Assembly: GCA_963828465.1 (NCBI GenBank)
Contig: CAWHEU010000022.1
Span: forward strand, 256,001-320,000
Direction: 5' to 3'
DNA: 64,000 bases
From: an uncultured Acidobacteriota bacterium
Lineage (GTDB): Bacteria > Actinomycetota > Acidimicrobiia > Spongiisociales > ZC4RG35
Below are positions 21,554 through 32,938 of this stretch, piece after piece. The notes below the pieces were generated by a model. It had not been told where the DNA came from, did no database searches, and saw only the letters and a list, made by a program, of their open reading frames with translations. Each line of letters begins with the position of its first letter. Positions within the stretch are counted from its first letter, which is position 1. The position numbers and the translations under genes were made by a program.

Positions 21554-22372
21554 ATGTTGCGCCGACGTCCGAAGGAAGAACGAGCATTGGCTGAGGCGCC
21601 AATGGCCCCACCGTTCTGGGTCATCGGCGCCCCTCGGTCGGGAACGACCTTCTTGGCGCGGGTCCTCGACCATCACCCCGACATCTTTCTGACCAATGAG
21701 ACCCGCCTCATGCTCCTGTTCAGCCGGATGCTCAATCGTTGGGTTGGGGCGCGTCGTCTCCTCGCCACTTCGCGTGACGAGGTCATCGAGAGCCTGTGGC
21801 ATCAGGTTCCAGGCATGGTCGAGCAGATATACCGCGATCTTGGGGCTCGACCGGGTCAGCGATGGGGAGACAAGTATCCCCAGTACGCCGACGGCGACCA
21901 GGACTCCGAGGCTCTGGCGACGATCGACCGACTCTTTCCAGAGGGCCAATATGTCCACATCATTCGTGATCCCCGGGCGGTCGTTGCGTCCATCCTGTCG
22001 AAGGGGTGGCTCGGCTTCGATGAGGCGATCGAAGCATGGCGTGTCTTCGTGACACACGCTCACAGCTTCGGAATGACCGTCGGAAAGGATCGTTATCACG
22101 AGATCCACTTCGAGAGCCTGGTCGAGGATGGACACTCGACCATGGAGGGAATCTTCACCTTTCTCGGCTTGGTGAATCATTCAGACGTCGATGCGTTCCT
22201 GAGGGCGGAAGCCGACATTCGGACTCCGGTGAGTGCTCCGATGGGAAGACCGGGAAGCGTCGGTCGTGAGGCGTGGGAGGGTCGACTCGACGACTCACAG
22301 GTCTCGAAAATCGAGGTCGAACTGTCGGGTCTGATGAGCGAGTTCGGCTACGTGGCCCAGTCCAGCATCTAG
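21554..22372 (+). CDS. Sulfotransferase (Sulfotransfer_3 type)
   Basis: VIGAPRSGTTFL, RWGDKYP, HIIRDPRAVVAS, IHFESLV. Confidence 0.9.
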   Translation: MLRRRPKEERALAEAPMAPPFWVIGAPRSGTTFLARVLDHHPDIFLTNETRLMLLFSRMLNRWVGARRLLATSRDEVIESLWHQVPGMVEQIYRDLGARPGQRWGDKYPQYADGDQDSEALATIDRLFPEGQYVHIIRDPRAVVASILSKGWLGFDEAIEAWRVFVTHAHSFGMTVGKDRYHEIHFESLVEDGHSTMEGIFTFLGLVNHSDVDAFLRAEADIRTPVSAPMGRPGSVGREAWEGRLDDSQVSKIEVELSGLMSEFGYVAQSSI

Positions 22373-22950
22373 GACGATCCCGGCAGGGCGATGAAGAACG
22401 TTCGATCCGGCAGATACCAGGGCTCGACGGCGAGGACCAGGTCGTAACCCGCCTTGTCCAGCATTTTGTGAAACGACTCTGGTGTCGGCCAGAAGGATCG
22501 TGGGTTTTGCCAGGACGACAGGAGACCAGTTCCTTCGTGATACCAACGTCCGTTGAATCCGAGCTCCTCCACCTCCTCGCTCAACGGGTGCGTCGAGAGC
22601 CCATTGGCAAGGTGGGTGTCGATGATCAATGGTGCTCCCTTGCACCTGGCCAGGAGATCGATCTGGTCCGGCACGGTCAGGTGGTAGAAGAGACCGAGAC
22701 AGGCCACCATATCGAACCCTGTCACGTCGAACTCCCGAACATCTGACTCGACCCAGGTAACGCCCGCAGCGGGCACATTGCGCTCGGTGCGTGCGTCCAC
22801 GGCGGTGACCTCCCAGCCTGCATCGGCGGCCACCATCGAGAACTTGCCATGACCGGCTCCCAGATCGACAAGACGTCCGGGAGGGAAGAGCTTGAGCAAT
22901 CGGCCGAAGATCTCGACACGGCGACGTCCATCATCTGCCAAGCCGTGCAC
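22369..22950 (-). CDS. Class I SAM-dependent methyltransferase
   Basis: LVDLGAGHG, VTAVDAR, CLGLFYHL, IIDTH. Confidence 0.8.
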   Translation of the reverse strand: MHGLADDGRRRVEIFGRLLKLFPPGRLVDLGAGHGKFSMVAADAGWEVTAVDARTERNVPAAGVTWVESDVREFDVTGFDMVACLGLFYHLTVPDQIDLLARCKGAPLIIDTHLANGLSTHPLSEEVEELGFNGRWYHEGTGLLSSWQNPRSFWPTPESFHKMLDKAGYDLVLAVEPWYLPDRTFFIALPGSS

Positions 22951-23319
22951 CTCACATATGGATCGACCCGGGGTCGGACGAAAACTTCGACCGTCGTTAG
23001 TTTCTGTTAGCCGCCCTTCGGCGTGTCGCTTAGCTCTGGGGGTTCAATGGCATCATTCGGCTGTGCCTAAGAGGCTAAAACGCGTCGTCGATGGTATAGA
23101 GGACCGCCGAAATGCTTCCTTGAAGCGCATCGGTCGTGCCTAAGCGCCGACAGTGACCAGCCTTACGAGCTGACTCCCCGGGCGCGACCCCGACGGCCGT
23201 CGATGGTGTCGCAGGTGTCGACCAGGTATGCTGACGAAGTCGACAAAGCGCAGCGAATCGGGCTCGACCGTGTTGGTGGGGAGTGCCGAAGTTAATCCCG
23301 CAAGCAAGAGCGTCCTGAG

Positions 23320-23733
23320 TCAGTGAAATTTGCCCATCTGGAGGCTCCCTTGAAAGAACGAGGCGCCGCTCTTGGGGATCTGGAGGTTCATCGCGAGACG
23401 CTCGACGACCCCGCTGCCTCCGTCAGGGGCGTGTCCGGCGTCGCGAAAGCCGAACCCCAATCCGATACCCCCACCAGCGATGAAGGTGTCATGGAACCGC
23501 TTCAGGAAACCGGCCATCTGACCACGAGTGACTGGATCGTCGGGGCAGTAGTTGGTGTTGGCCGGCGGGTTGCACCCCTGGGTGATCCCGTTGGCGGCCA
23601 TGAAGTCGATCGCCGCGTGGAACGTGTGCGAGTTCGGCACGTCCTGAAACTGGTGTGACGCATAGAGCGTGAGTGGCACAGCCATCAGGACGGCGACGAC
23701 CACCGCGAGAATGGTGGACTTTTTCAAGACCAT
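23320..23733 (-). CDS. Secreted protein with one Cys-paired SLH-like domain (probably extends toward ~23140 through frameshifts)
   Basis: Signal peptide MVLKKSTILAVVVAVLMAVPLTLYA, then FQDVPNSHTFHAAIDFMAANGITQGCNPPANTNYCPDDPVTRGQMAGFLKRF; RBS GAGGGAG. Confidence 0.8.
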   Translation of the reverse strand: MVLKKSTILAVVVAVLMAVPLTLYASHQFQDVPNSHTFHAAIDFMAANGITQGCNPPANTNYCPDDPVTRGQMAGFLKRFHDTFIAGGGIGLGFGFRDAGHAPDGGSGVVERLAMNLQIPKSGASFFQGSLQMGKFH

Positions 23734-23792
23734 CTCCCTCTGTCTCGGCCGGGTTGACCGGTCAGGCGAGCCTATCGATCGAGCGACAAGCG

Positions 23793-23818
23793 TGTCGGCG
23801 AATGTCTCGATTGTTTAA
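23793..23818 (-). promoter_or_regulatory. Candidate sigma-28 (FliA/WhiG-type) promoter of the SLH gene at 23733
   Basis: TAAA-N14-GCCGACA on the minus strand. Confidence 0.4.
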
Positions 23819-24212
23819 GTCCCAGACCGTCCACGCCATTGCACAAAGCGAGGAGATGTCGAGATACCGGATCGGCGGTGCCTACGACCGACCCATTCCC
23901 CGCAGAATCGTGGAGGAGGCAGGAGTACCGAGGGAGATCTTTGGGCAAACCAAGGAACGCGCGAGTGTCCTTTTCGAAATGGAAAGCGAGTCGCTGCAAC
24001 AGAGTGACGTTCCGGATTTCGGTGGCCCACTGTCTCTTCAGTCATCAGCTCTGGTCACGAGAACGCACTACCTGGACAGTACTCGCGCGCCGCTACCGCG
24101 AGCTCATGCAGAAATGATGTGCCCCACTGCGTCAGTAATTCCCCTTCAGGTTTTGGGTCGTCCCGAAATGTCGGACAGAGCTCGATGTTTCAGTCTCGGT
24201 TACTTCGGGTAA
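23802..24212 (+). pseudogene. Remnant of the C-terminus of an asparagine-synthetase-related protein
   Basis: HAIAQSEEMSRYRIGGAYDRPIPRRIVEEAGVPREIFGQTK resembles, from memory, the C-terminus of ATP-PPase proteins in glycan loci; no N-terminal part. Confidence 0.45.
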
Positions 24213-24314
24213 GGTCGCCCGCTGGCTCTACAGAGGAGGAAGACATGGGTCTACCCGTACGCGCCGTTGGCGACATTGGCAAAGCGCGCGATGGGAGGTC
24301 CGTCTTCCGAAGAT

Positions 24315-24341
24315 TCAAGAGTCCGGGGGGGAGCGCCGATA
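24315..24341 (+). promoter_or_regulatory. Candidate sigma-28-type promoter of the M23-SLH gene
   Basis: TCAAG-N15-GCCGATA ending 10 nt before GTG 24352. Confidence 0.5.
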
Positions 24342-24351
24342 CCGGTTCGGC

Positions 24352-25447
24352 GTGAAGTTTTCGACGCGATTGTTAGCGGGGTTCGTGTTGGCCCTCGGGT
24401 CTCTGTTCCTCGCGAGCGCGCCGGCGTTCGCCGCACCTTTCGATCCAAGCGGTATGGCCTTTCCGCTGGACGGGGAATCATCGGCTGACCGACAGCTTCG
24501 GTGACTGCCGGGGATCCGGATGCTCCAGGGCGCACGAGGGCGTGGACATCATGACGGCGAAGGGTGTTCCCGTCCTGGCCGCCGGTGCCGGCGTGGTCAG
24601 CTGGATCAGCTCCGGTCCCAGTGACTGCTGCTACGTGGGCATCGACCATGGTGGGGGATGGGAGACGAGGTACATCCATCTCAACGACGACATTCAGGAC
24701 GCCTCCGGAGCTTACGTCCCCAACACCGACGGCCAGGGATGGGGGATCGCCGAGGGCCTAGCCGAGGGGATTGCTGTCACCCGAGGTCAGGTCATCGGTT
24801 GGGCCGGTGATTCAGGCAACGCGGCGGAGACCGTCTCACACCTGCATTTCGAGCTCCGCAAGAACGGGACACCTATCGACGCGTATCCCTACCTGGTCAA
24901 CGCCCTGGGCGGGTGGGACGGACGCTTCCAAGACGATGACGGCAACGTCCACGAGAAGAACATCGAGATAATCGCCCAACGTGGCATCACGCTCGGGTGC
25001 AACCCGCCGCTCAACAACAGGTTCTGCCCCGAGGATCAAATCACTCGCGGGCAGATGGCAGCGTTCATCGCCCGCGCTCTCGATCTGCCCGAGGGCGGGG
25101 AGATCCCGTACACCGACGTAGTCGGGAACAAGTTCGAGCCGGCGATCCGTGCCATCGAGGCGGCCGGCATCGGGTTTGGTTGTACCAAGACCGAGTTCTG
25201 CCCCGGTGTCCCGCTCCTTCGCCACGAGATGGCGGAGTTATTGGTCCGGGCCTTCAGTTACGACAACCCGACGGGCACCAATTACTTCGTCGACGACGAG
25301 GGCAACCAGTTCGAGGACTCGATCAACGCCCTCGCCGCCCACGGCGTCACCATGGGGTGTAACCCGCCGGCCAACACCAAGTTCTGCCCGGACATGCCGC
25401 TGAAACGCTCGCAGATGGCCACGTTCTTCGTCCGGGCCATGCCCTAG
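24352..25447 (+). CDS. Secreted M23 metallopeptidase with three C-terminal SLH-like repeats, frameshifted near 24477
   Basis: Signal MKFSTRLLAGFVLALGSLFLASAPAFA; HEGVD (HxxxD), YIHL, GDSGNA, SHLHFE (HxH); three GI..GC..FCP repeats. Confidence 0.9.
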
Positions 25448-25451
25448 CCGA

Positions 25452-26876
25452 CTACTCGACCACCTCGTAGTACTTGTCGACGATCTCCAGCCGCCGTTGC
25501 TGGTAGCCCGAAGAGGACCCGGCCAGCACATGCTCGATTGGGTAGGAGGCGCGGGGGTCGATTCGGGCGCGATCCGATGCGATCACGAGGGTGAGCACGT
25601 CGCCCTCCGGTCCGGTCGGCGGGTCACCGAGGCGGACCTTGCGCCTCTCCGTGGTGTAGTCGGGGACCGTGCGGCCGAGAAGCTTCTTGACCCTGGCCTT
25701 GCCCCTCTCGCCGAGAATGGCGCCGGCGAGACGGCTGGACAGAGGTGCATCCCAATGGGTCTGTGCCCGCTCCCGTCCGGAGGGCTGCGGCGGCTTCAGT
25801 AGCTCGGCGGCAACTGCAGTGGCGCCGCCGACCCGCGTCGCCACCCCGCTCGACTGGTGGCTGGCCACCAAATCGGCGCGTACGGCTGGGTCGAGGAGGC
25901 GTCGGTCTCCCGCGCCACCGCCGCCAGGTCGTCGTCACGCGCCGAGAGGGCGACGCCGAGGTCGGCCAGATACTGCGCGCGTCCCTCTTGGTTGTCGGTC
26001 TTGCTCGAGGTGTTGGGGATCAGCAACGTCGGTACCCCGGCGGGGATCAGTTCATGAACCGAGTTGTACCCGGCGGCACTCACCGTGGCGTCGAACGCGT
26101 TGAAGTAGCGAAGCAACGGGTAGATGCCTTTGATCTCGATCACCCGTGAGTCATCGACCAGTGGGACCAGGTTGACCGCAACAGGGGAGTTGGTCACGGC
26201 CACCTGCCAGTCCGGGTGGGCCAGGACCACGTCGAGAGCCGTCGAGCCGGGGCCGGCCACATCACCGAGCCGGCCCGAGCCCAGTGTCAGAAGGAGCGTC
26301 GGGCGATCCGGGTCGAGGCCGAGATCACGCGCCGCCGTCTCCCGATCGAGTTGGCTCATGACCTCGAGCAGGCTGATCGGAGGAACCCGGAGTGACTCGG
26401 TGCCGGTGGTGGCGCCGCTGTCGATCTCCGATGCGAGATCGGTGGGCTCTATCACGAAGTCGAAGCCGCCTGTCTTCCGAAGCTGATGAACATTCGTGCC
26501 CTCGCGCCACATGCCACGACGCAGCCAGCCCACCACGCAATCGAGTTGAGCGATGGCCCGCATGAATCCGGAGTAGGGCGCCACGCCATCGAAAAGCAGG
26601 ACATCGGGCCGAACCTCATCGGCGAATGCGGTCAGCCGGTCCTGGAGATAGTTGTCCCACTCCTTTCGAACGATGAACTGCGTGGTGAAGCTGGGGCAGT
26701 ACTCGCCTCTGATCCCGAACTCCATGGCAAGGGGAAAGCCGGGGGAGAGGGAGAACATGGTGGTCTCGGCCCGGTCGCCAATGGCCAGGGCGATTGCCAA
26801 GCTGACGGGTCAGATGGCCCAGCCCCCAGCCGTTGCTGGTGACGAGGAGGATCCTGAGCGGAGCCGGCCCGGTCAG
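25452..26876 (-). CDS. GT-B fold glycosyltransferase (paralog of 11015), frameshifts near 26800 and 25880
   Basis: LRILLVTSNGWGLGHLTRQ, WLRRGMWREG, FDATVSAAGYNSVHE, DNQEGRAQY; start may be a CTG overlapping the upstream stop (CTGA). Confidence 0.8.
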
Positions 26877-29370
26877 CTCAGTGCTTTCTGCAAGGAAGCG
26901 GAGGCCTGGCGCAGTCGATCCCGGTATTCGGCGACCCGGGCATCGGCGGCTTCCGTGCCGAGGCTGATGGCCTCTGCCGCGAGGTCGACGATCGAGTCCC
27001 CGGACAGGGTGTCGGTCCGGGCAACGAGATCTCCGCGATCCACGGATTCGGCGAAATCCCTCAGCTTGGGGCGGTACTCGATCCCGATGAACGGAGTCGA
27101 GACCGCTGCAGCCAGGATGCAGGCGTGGAGCCGCTCTCCGACCACCACTTCGGCCGAGGCGATGAGGTCGATGGCTGCCTGATTCTCCACATAACCCGCC
27201 AGATAGGGAAGGACCTCACCCCCGGTCGCCTTGCTCAGCTGAAGGATTTGGCCGTCGTCCTCGGGGCTGGAGGCGAGGCAGACCACCTCTCGACCGTCGC
27301 CGTGCCACTGCGTCACTGCATCAGCGAGAGCAGCCACCACATCCCGGTCGGAGCCACCCCACAGCTCGCCCTTGGTCCAGACCGGGGCGATGACGATCCT
27401 TCCGGCCTGTCGCTTCACCCCTTCGCTCGCCGTGGAGAGCAGCGCCGAGTCCCCACAGATCTCGAGCTCGCCCTTGTAGCCCCAGGACCTCAGGGTCTCT
27501 GCTGATTGCGGCCCTCGCACTCCGACATAGACACAACTGGTAAGCCACCGCACCCAGCGATCCGGATCCTCCGTCAAACCCCAGAACTCGGGGCTGGCCA
27601 CACCGGTGCCCAGGGTTGCCCTCTCGATCCGGGGTGAGTCTCGTTCAGACACCCAGCGGAGATACGTGCGCATGTTGATCAGCGTTCCGCCGCCGAGGAC
27701 GATCAGGTCTTGGGGATCACCCGACTCGGCGATGTCTGCCCAGTCGAGCAGCTCTCGGATCCGATCCACCATCACGTCGTCGCCGAGGTTGAACCGACCC
27801 GTCCATCCGACATAGCGGGCCTGGGGGCGATCAGATGGTGAGCGGGCCGGCTCGGCTGTCTTGGACACCGGTGTGTAGGTGGTCCCGCTTCGTCGGGCTG
27901 TCATGAAACGAGCCATTGTTGACACGCTGCCACGAGGATTCTTGACGATGTCCTTCGCCAGTCGAAGGGGATCGGGTGGGACATTGGTGAAGTCGACCGG
28001 CCGCTCCGCCCTTTCGAGGCCGGGTAGGCGAACCGCTGCCGAGGGCCAATGCCGATTCAAGTTCCACTCCCGGGTGGTTCGCCACACCTCGGCGACTTTG
28101 CTCCCTCGCGCATCAGTTTGGTGGCCTCGCGTTTACGTATGAACCAGCAAAGCGGCATGTCCGATTGCCAGCCCGAGTCGACGGCCGCGGCTCCGTTCTG
28201 GGTCCTCGCCGCCCCTCCCTGATCGGTCGGCAAGGCGTAGCCGGTCGTCGCCGTCACGTACTCCGGTCGCTGATCGAGCCGCTTGATCATCTCCGAGAAC
28301 AGCACATCGGATGGCGCCCCATGGCCGTTCAGGTAGCAGACGTATTCGCTGGTGGCCGAGGAGGTGGCGTCTTCGAGCGAAGGGCTGAACCGGATGCGCC
28401 GGTCGCCGATGGTGGCCCCGGCGAAGGGGTCGTGATCATCCGGATTCGCGACCACGACCAACTCGAAATCAGTCCGGGGCTGGGCGAGCAGCAGCTCCCA
28501 GGTGGCCTCCAATGCGCCGACCGGGACGTCGTAGAGGACGATCGACAGCTTCGGGTTCTCCGGGATCGTGGCCGGGGGCCGCTTCCGATAGAACTGGTGG
28601 GGCACCAGGCTCGCCATCAAGCCGGAATTGAGTCGCCGTGCCTCCTTCCTGCCCTCGACACCGCCGGCGGAGTCGAGGTCCAGTTGGTGGTCGATCTCGA
28701 GCGTCGGGTCGAACACGAAGGTGGCGCCGGCCTGCCAGGCCCGCCATCCCAACTCGCTGTCCTCGCTTCCCCACCAGCGGAATCGCTCGTCGAATCCGCC
28801 CAACTCACGGAAGAAGGCGAGAGGGAGCGATATGTTCGAAGAGACGAACGCACGAAACGCCTCCCCCCCGTGCTGCAGGCCGGCGGACCGGCGCAGCAAT
28901 TGGCTTCGATAGTGCTCGGCCTCCCCGGGTGTCTCGTCCGGAGGATTGGAACGACTGCCGATGACCACCGATGTCGCCGACGAACCATGCCAGGCGCGAT
29001 GGCGCTCGACGAAGTCCGGCGGAACCGTGCAGTCCGAGTCGAGCAAGAGGAGGATGTCGGCGTTGGCGTGAGCTGCGCCCAGATTCCGGGCCCGGCCGGC
29101 GCCGAATCCGTCGTGAGGTTGAAAGTGGTAGCTGATATCGAGGCCATCGACCGACTCGACCACACCGCGAATGTCCTCATCGGACCCGTCATCACATACG
29201 TGGACCTCGAAGGTCGACGTGTCCGATTGTTGCGCCAGTGATGCCAGCGTCCGGGCGAGGAGCGCCGACCGGTTGTAGGCGGGGATGACGACCGCCACCC
29301 GAAGCCCGGACGCCCCGACCGGATCAGGGGCAACCTGGTTCACGTTGTGTGGTTGGACTCCCTCGTTCAC
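26873..29370 (-). CDS. GT2 glycosyltransferase fused to a polysaccharide pyruvyltransferase (CsaB/WcaK family) domain; single frameshift at about 28098
   Basis: N part: VVIPAYNR, CDDGSD, ARNLG, LDSDC, GGFDERF..WGSED.E.GWR. C part: YVGWTGRFNLGDD, LGGGTLI, GVRGPQS, GDSA, GERLHACILAAA, IEYRPK. Confidence 0.8.
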
Positions 29371-31122
29371 TCGGCGACGACCTCGTGGGGCATGATTCGA
29401 TACGCCTCCGCCATCAGGTCGTATCGCCGTGCAGTCCCCAGCTGGGACACGACGGCGCTCGGGTGATGGTCGTCGACGAATTCGTCCAGCCCTTCGAAGG
29501 GCCCGTCGACGTAGATGTACCGCCTCGCGCTGGCCAGCACTTTCTCCATGAGCACCGGGTCTCCACCCTGGCGTACCGCCGCTGCTTCGAGGTTGCGGGG
29601 GCGGAGACGGTGCTGACTGATCTCGGCGGCTCCCCATATCTCACGATCGGGGAGCGCCACGGCGAGCTCCGGCGCTCCGAGCTCCACCACCTTCTGCACC
29701 TCGGCGTCGCGCCGGATCAGCTCGGCCATGGCGTCCAGCTCGGGCATCGCGGGAATATCCCGCTTCTCGATCTCTGCCAGCGATCTGGAACAGCTCATCT
29801 ACCCGATGGTCGTACGTGTTGATGCCCAGCGATCGATTCAAGGCCCGATCAGCGATCTCCTGCATCGCGTCCAGGTCGGAGAGGAGCTCTCTCACGTCGG
29901 CCACGACATCGGGGCCGAGCATGGCGTACTCCACTCCTGGCTCCAGGAGCATCTCCATGCCGGGGAGATGATCAGAGAGAAGGACCGCCCCGCTTCCCAC
30001 CGCTTCGAGGACTCGCATGGTGATCGGGAAATGCCTGGTGCCACCTTCGTTGACGACGATCCGTGCCTTGGAGTACATGTCGGCCATGACATCGGCGGTG
30101 ACCTTCTCCCCGAAGGCAAGACGATGTCCGGGAAATGACGCTTCGAGCTCACGGACGATCTGCTGCCGCCTGCCGTACGGGCCCCCCTCCCAGAGCTTGG
30201 CGCCGACCAGAGCGACATCGAACGGTCGATCCTTCAGGGGGAGGCTGGGATCGAGGACCTCGGTGGCAACGCCAAACGGGAAGCGATAGACCGGGGTCGG
30301 GAACCACGGAGCCAGATGCCAGGAATGGGCGAGGAGAACGGCGTCGGCGCGGTATCGGTTGGCGAGCCGGAGATTGGTATGGAGGTGGTGCTCCCCGTGG
30401 TGCGCCCAGAACAGAGTGGGCACGCCGGTGGTCCCGATCACTTCGAGTGCCGGATATGGGCCCTCGACGAAGACGATCAGGTCGGTGTCTCCATCGACCT
30501 GATCGAGGTCGATGCCCTCGGTCTCCAGCCGAACGTGTGCCCCACTCCTTCGAAGAGCCGACTCGAGGTATTTCCCGGGATTCGAGTCGGTCTTGCGGTA
30601 GCAGATGATGACATTCCGATCATGGTGACGGTCGGGGGCCGGGGTGTACGGCGTTCGATGGTCGTCCGGTGTCTGGAAGAGGCCGATACCAGGTATCGGC
30701 GTGGCGAGATCGGGACGGTGCGGGGCGAGGGAGATGAGATCGACTTCGGGCGGGCAATCCATGTGAGGGGACCGGAACACCGTGCCACCTGTGGCTCGCG
30801 CTGCCGCTACCGCGGCTCCGATCCCATTGGGATGAGTCGGAAGGAAACATTCGGCGCCGGTGGCGACTGCAGCATCGGCCAGCCTTCGCATGATCCCCGA
30901 CTCTCGCCAGGACCTGGGCTGCGCCCTCCGGATCACGGAGCCGACGGGACCGAGCCCCATCGGTGAGTTGTTGGGAACCGTCGAGGCGACGGGGCCGGCA
31001 GGGGGCGCATTGTCGACTGCCACCACCGAGACCTCGTGACCGGCAGCGACCAACGCCCTATAGGTGGAGAGGGCGTTTCGGTCGTTGTGGAACCGGTTGC
31101 GTGCGACCAGGCAGAAATGCAT
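29367..31122 (-). CDS. Multidomain glycosyltransferase (CgeB / Glyco_trans_1_2-like), frameshifted near 29775
   Basis: MADMYSKARIVVN, ITMRVLEAVGSGAVLLSD, HTY-like NTYDHRVDEL; GT4-like N-terminus. Confidence 0.7.
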
Positions 31123-31146
31123 CGGTTGGAAGATCGTATCGACTCG

Positions 31147-32872
31147 TTATGAGTTGATCAGGTCCATGGATCGCCGGATGAACCCTGCCATCTGACCCCG
31201 GGTGACCGAATCGACGGGGCAGAACCGGTTGTTGTTCGGCGGATTGCAGCCGAAGGTGATGCCGGCTGCGGCCACACGGTTGATTGCTCCTTCGAATGCG
31301 GAAGCTTCGTCGTCGACGAAGGAATCCGTGCCGGTCGCCGGTAGGTCGAGGCCCCGAGACAGCATGGCGGCCATCTGCCCTCTCGGAATCTCCTGTTCAC
31401 CGCAGTACCGGTTGGGGGCACATCCGGTGGTGATGCCGGCTGCCGCCATCCGATTGGCAGCGTCTTCATAGAAGGCTCCCTCGTCGTCGACGAAGAAGTC
31501 GGTCGAGGTCTGGGGTGGGTCGAGTGCCCGGGTCAGGAACACCGCCATCTGACCCCGGGTCACGAGGTTCTCCGGGCAGTAGCGGATGTTCACGGGCGGA
31601 TCGCATCCCTGGGTGATACCGATCGCCGCCAGTTGGTCGATGGCGGCGAGGAACACCGAGTCGGAGGTATCGATGAACCTGCGCGTCAATGTACGCCCCG
31701 CGTTGACCCGTCCCGTCTCGACCCGGGACCCCACGATGCCTGGCCGGTCGACGAACGCCTTGATCCTGGCCACCAGCTCCTGATGCGCGATTCCCGGGTC
31801 GGCTTCCAGGAGAAGGGCCGCCACTCCCGCCACCACCGGGGAGGCGAAGGACGTTCCATCTGCGAACACATGCCCGCCCCCGGTGTCGGTAGTGAGAATC
31901 TCCACACCGGGAGCTGCCACATCGATCGTGGTGCGCCCGTAGTTGCTGAATCCGGCCAGCCGATCGAATCGGTCGGTGGCGGCCACACCTATGACGTTGG
32001 AGTAGGGCAGGCCACCCGGGACGAGGATCTGGCCGGGAGGCAGGGCGTCCAGGTCGACCCCGGTCGAGGCGTTGCCGGCAGCTGCGACCACCGTCACGTC
32101 AAAGGACCGGGCGTAGTGAACCGCCGCCCCTACCGGTCCTTCGTCAGAAAGGATGGCACCGATCGAGAGATTGATGATCTCGGCGTGGTGGTCGACCGCC
32201 CACATGATGCCGTTGGCGACGTCGGCACGTGCTGCAGCTTCCGTTGGAGCAGGCTCTCACCGCCATGATCCGGGCGTCGGGTGCGACGCCGGCCGTCCCG
32301 ACACCGTTCTCGGGGGCGGCGATCACGCCGGCGACCATGGTGCCGTGTGCGTCATCCGAGCTCGTGCTGCCCGGGCTCGGATCGTCGTCACCGTCGACGA
32401 AATCGACGCCCTGGGCAAAGATGCGGCCAACGAGATCGGGATGATTCAGCTCGACCCCGGAGTCGATCACCGCCACCACGATCGGGAAGCCCGTGGAGCG
32501 CCCCCAGGCGGTGGGCGTGTCGATGTCTGCGTCGGCACTGCCCCCGCTCTGGCCCACATTGTGATGGTGCCACTGTTCGGGGAACAGCGGCTCGTCGACC
32601 GGATCGAACTGCTCGAGTACCGCCTCCTCGAACACCGGCTCGCCTACCTCTTCCGACACCGCATCGAGGGTCTGCTCGACGGTCCCCTCCAGCGGCACCT
32701 CGATCGTGACCCAGTGCTCCTCCGGTCCGCCTGCGGCTTGCTCGAGGCCATCCGCCTGGTCCAGAGCTAGAAGGGAGTCAGCCGGTACCACGACCTGGAC
32801 TGTGTCGGGGGGCTCGGGTGCAGTGGTAGCTGCGATCGCGAGCATGACGAGGAGGGCTGGCAATGGAGACAT
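31147..32872 (-). CDS. Secreted S8 subtilisin-like protease with three C-terminal SLH-like repeats, frameshifted near 32230
   Basis: Catalytic triad VAVIDSG, HGTMVAGVIAA, GTSFASPVVAG; AAAGN oxyanion; signal peptide; SLH triplet. Confidence 0.9.
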
Positions 32873-32938
32873 TTGCCCGGCTCATCTTCACAGACTCGTT
32901 GGGGTAGGCAAGGTGATGGGTTACGGTGGTCGGGCTTG

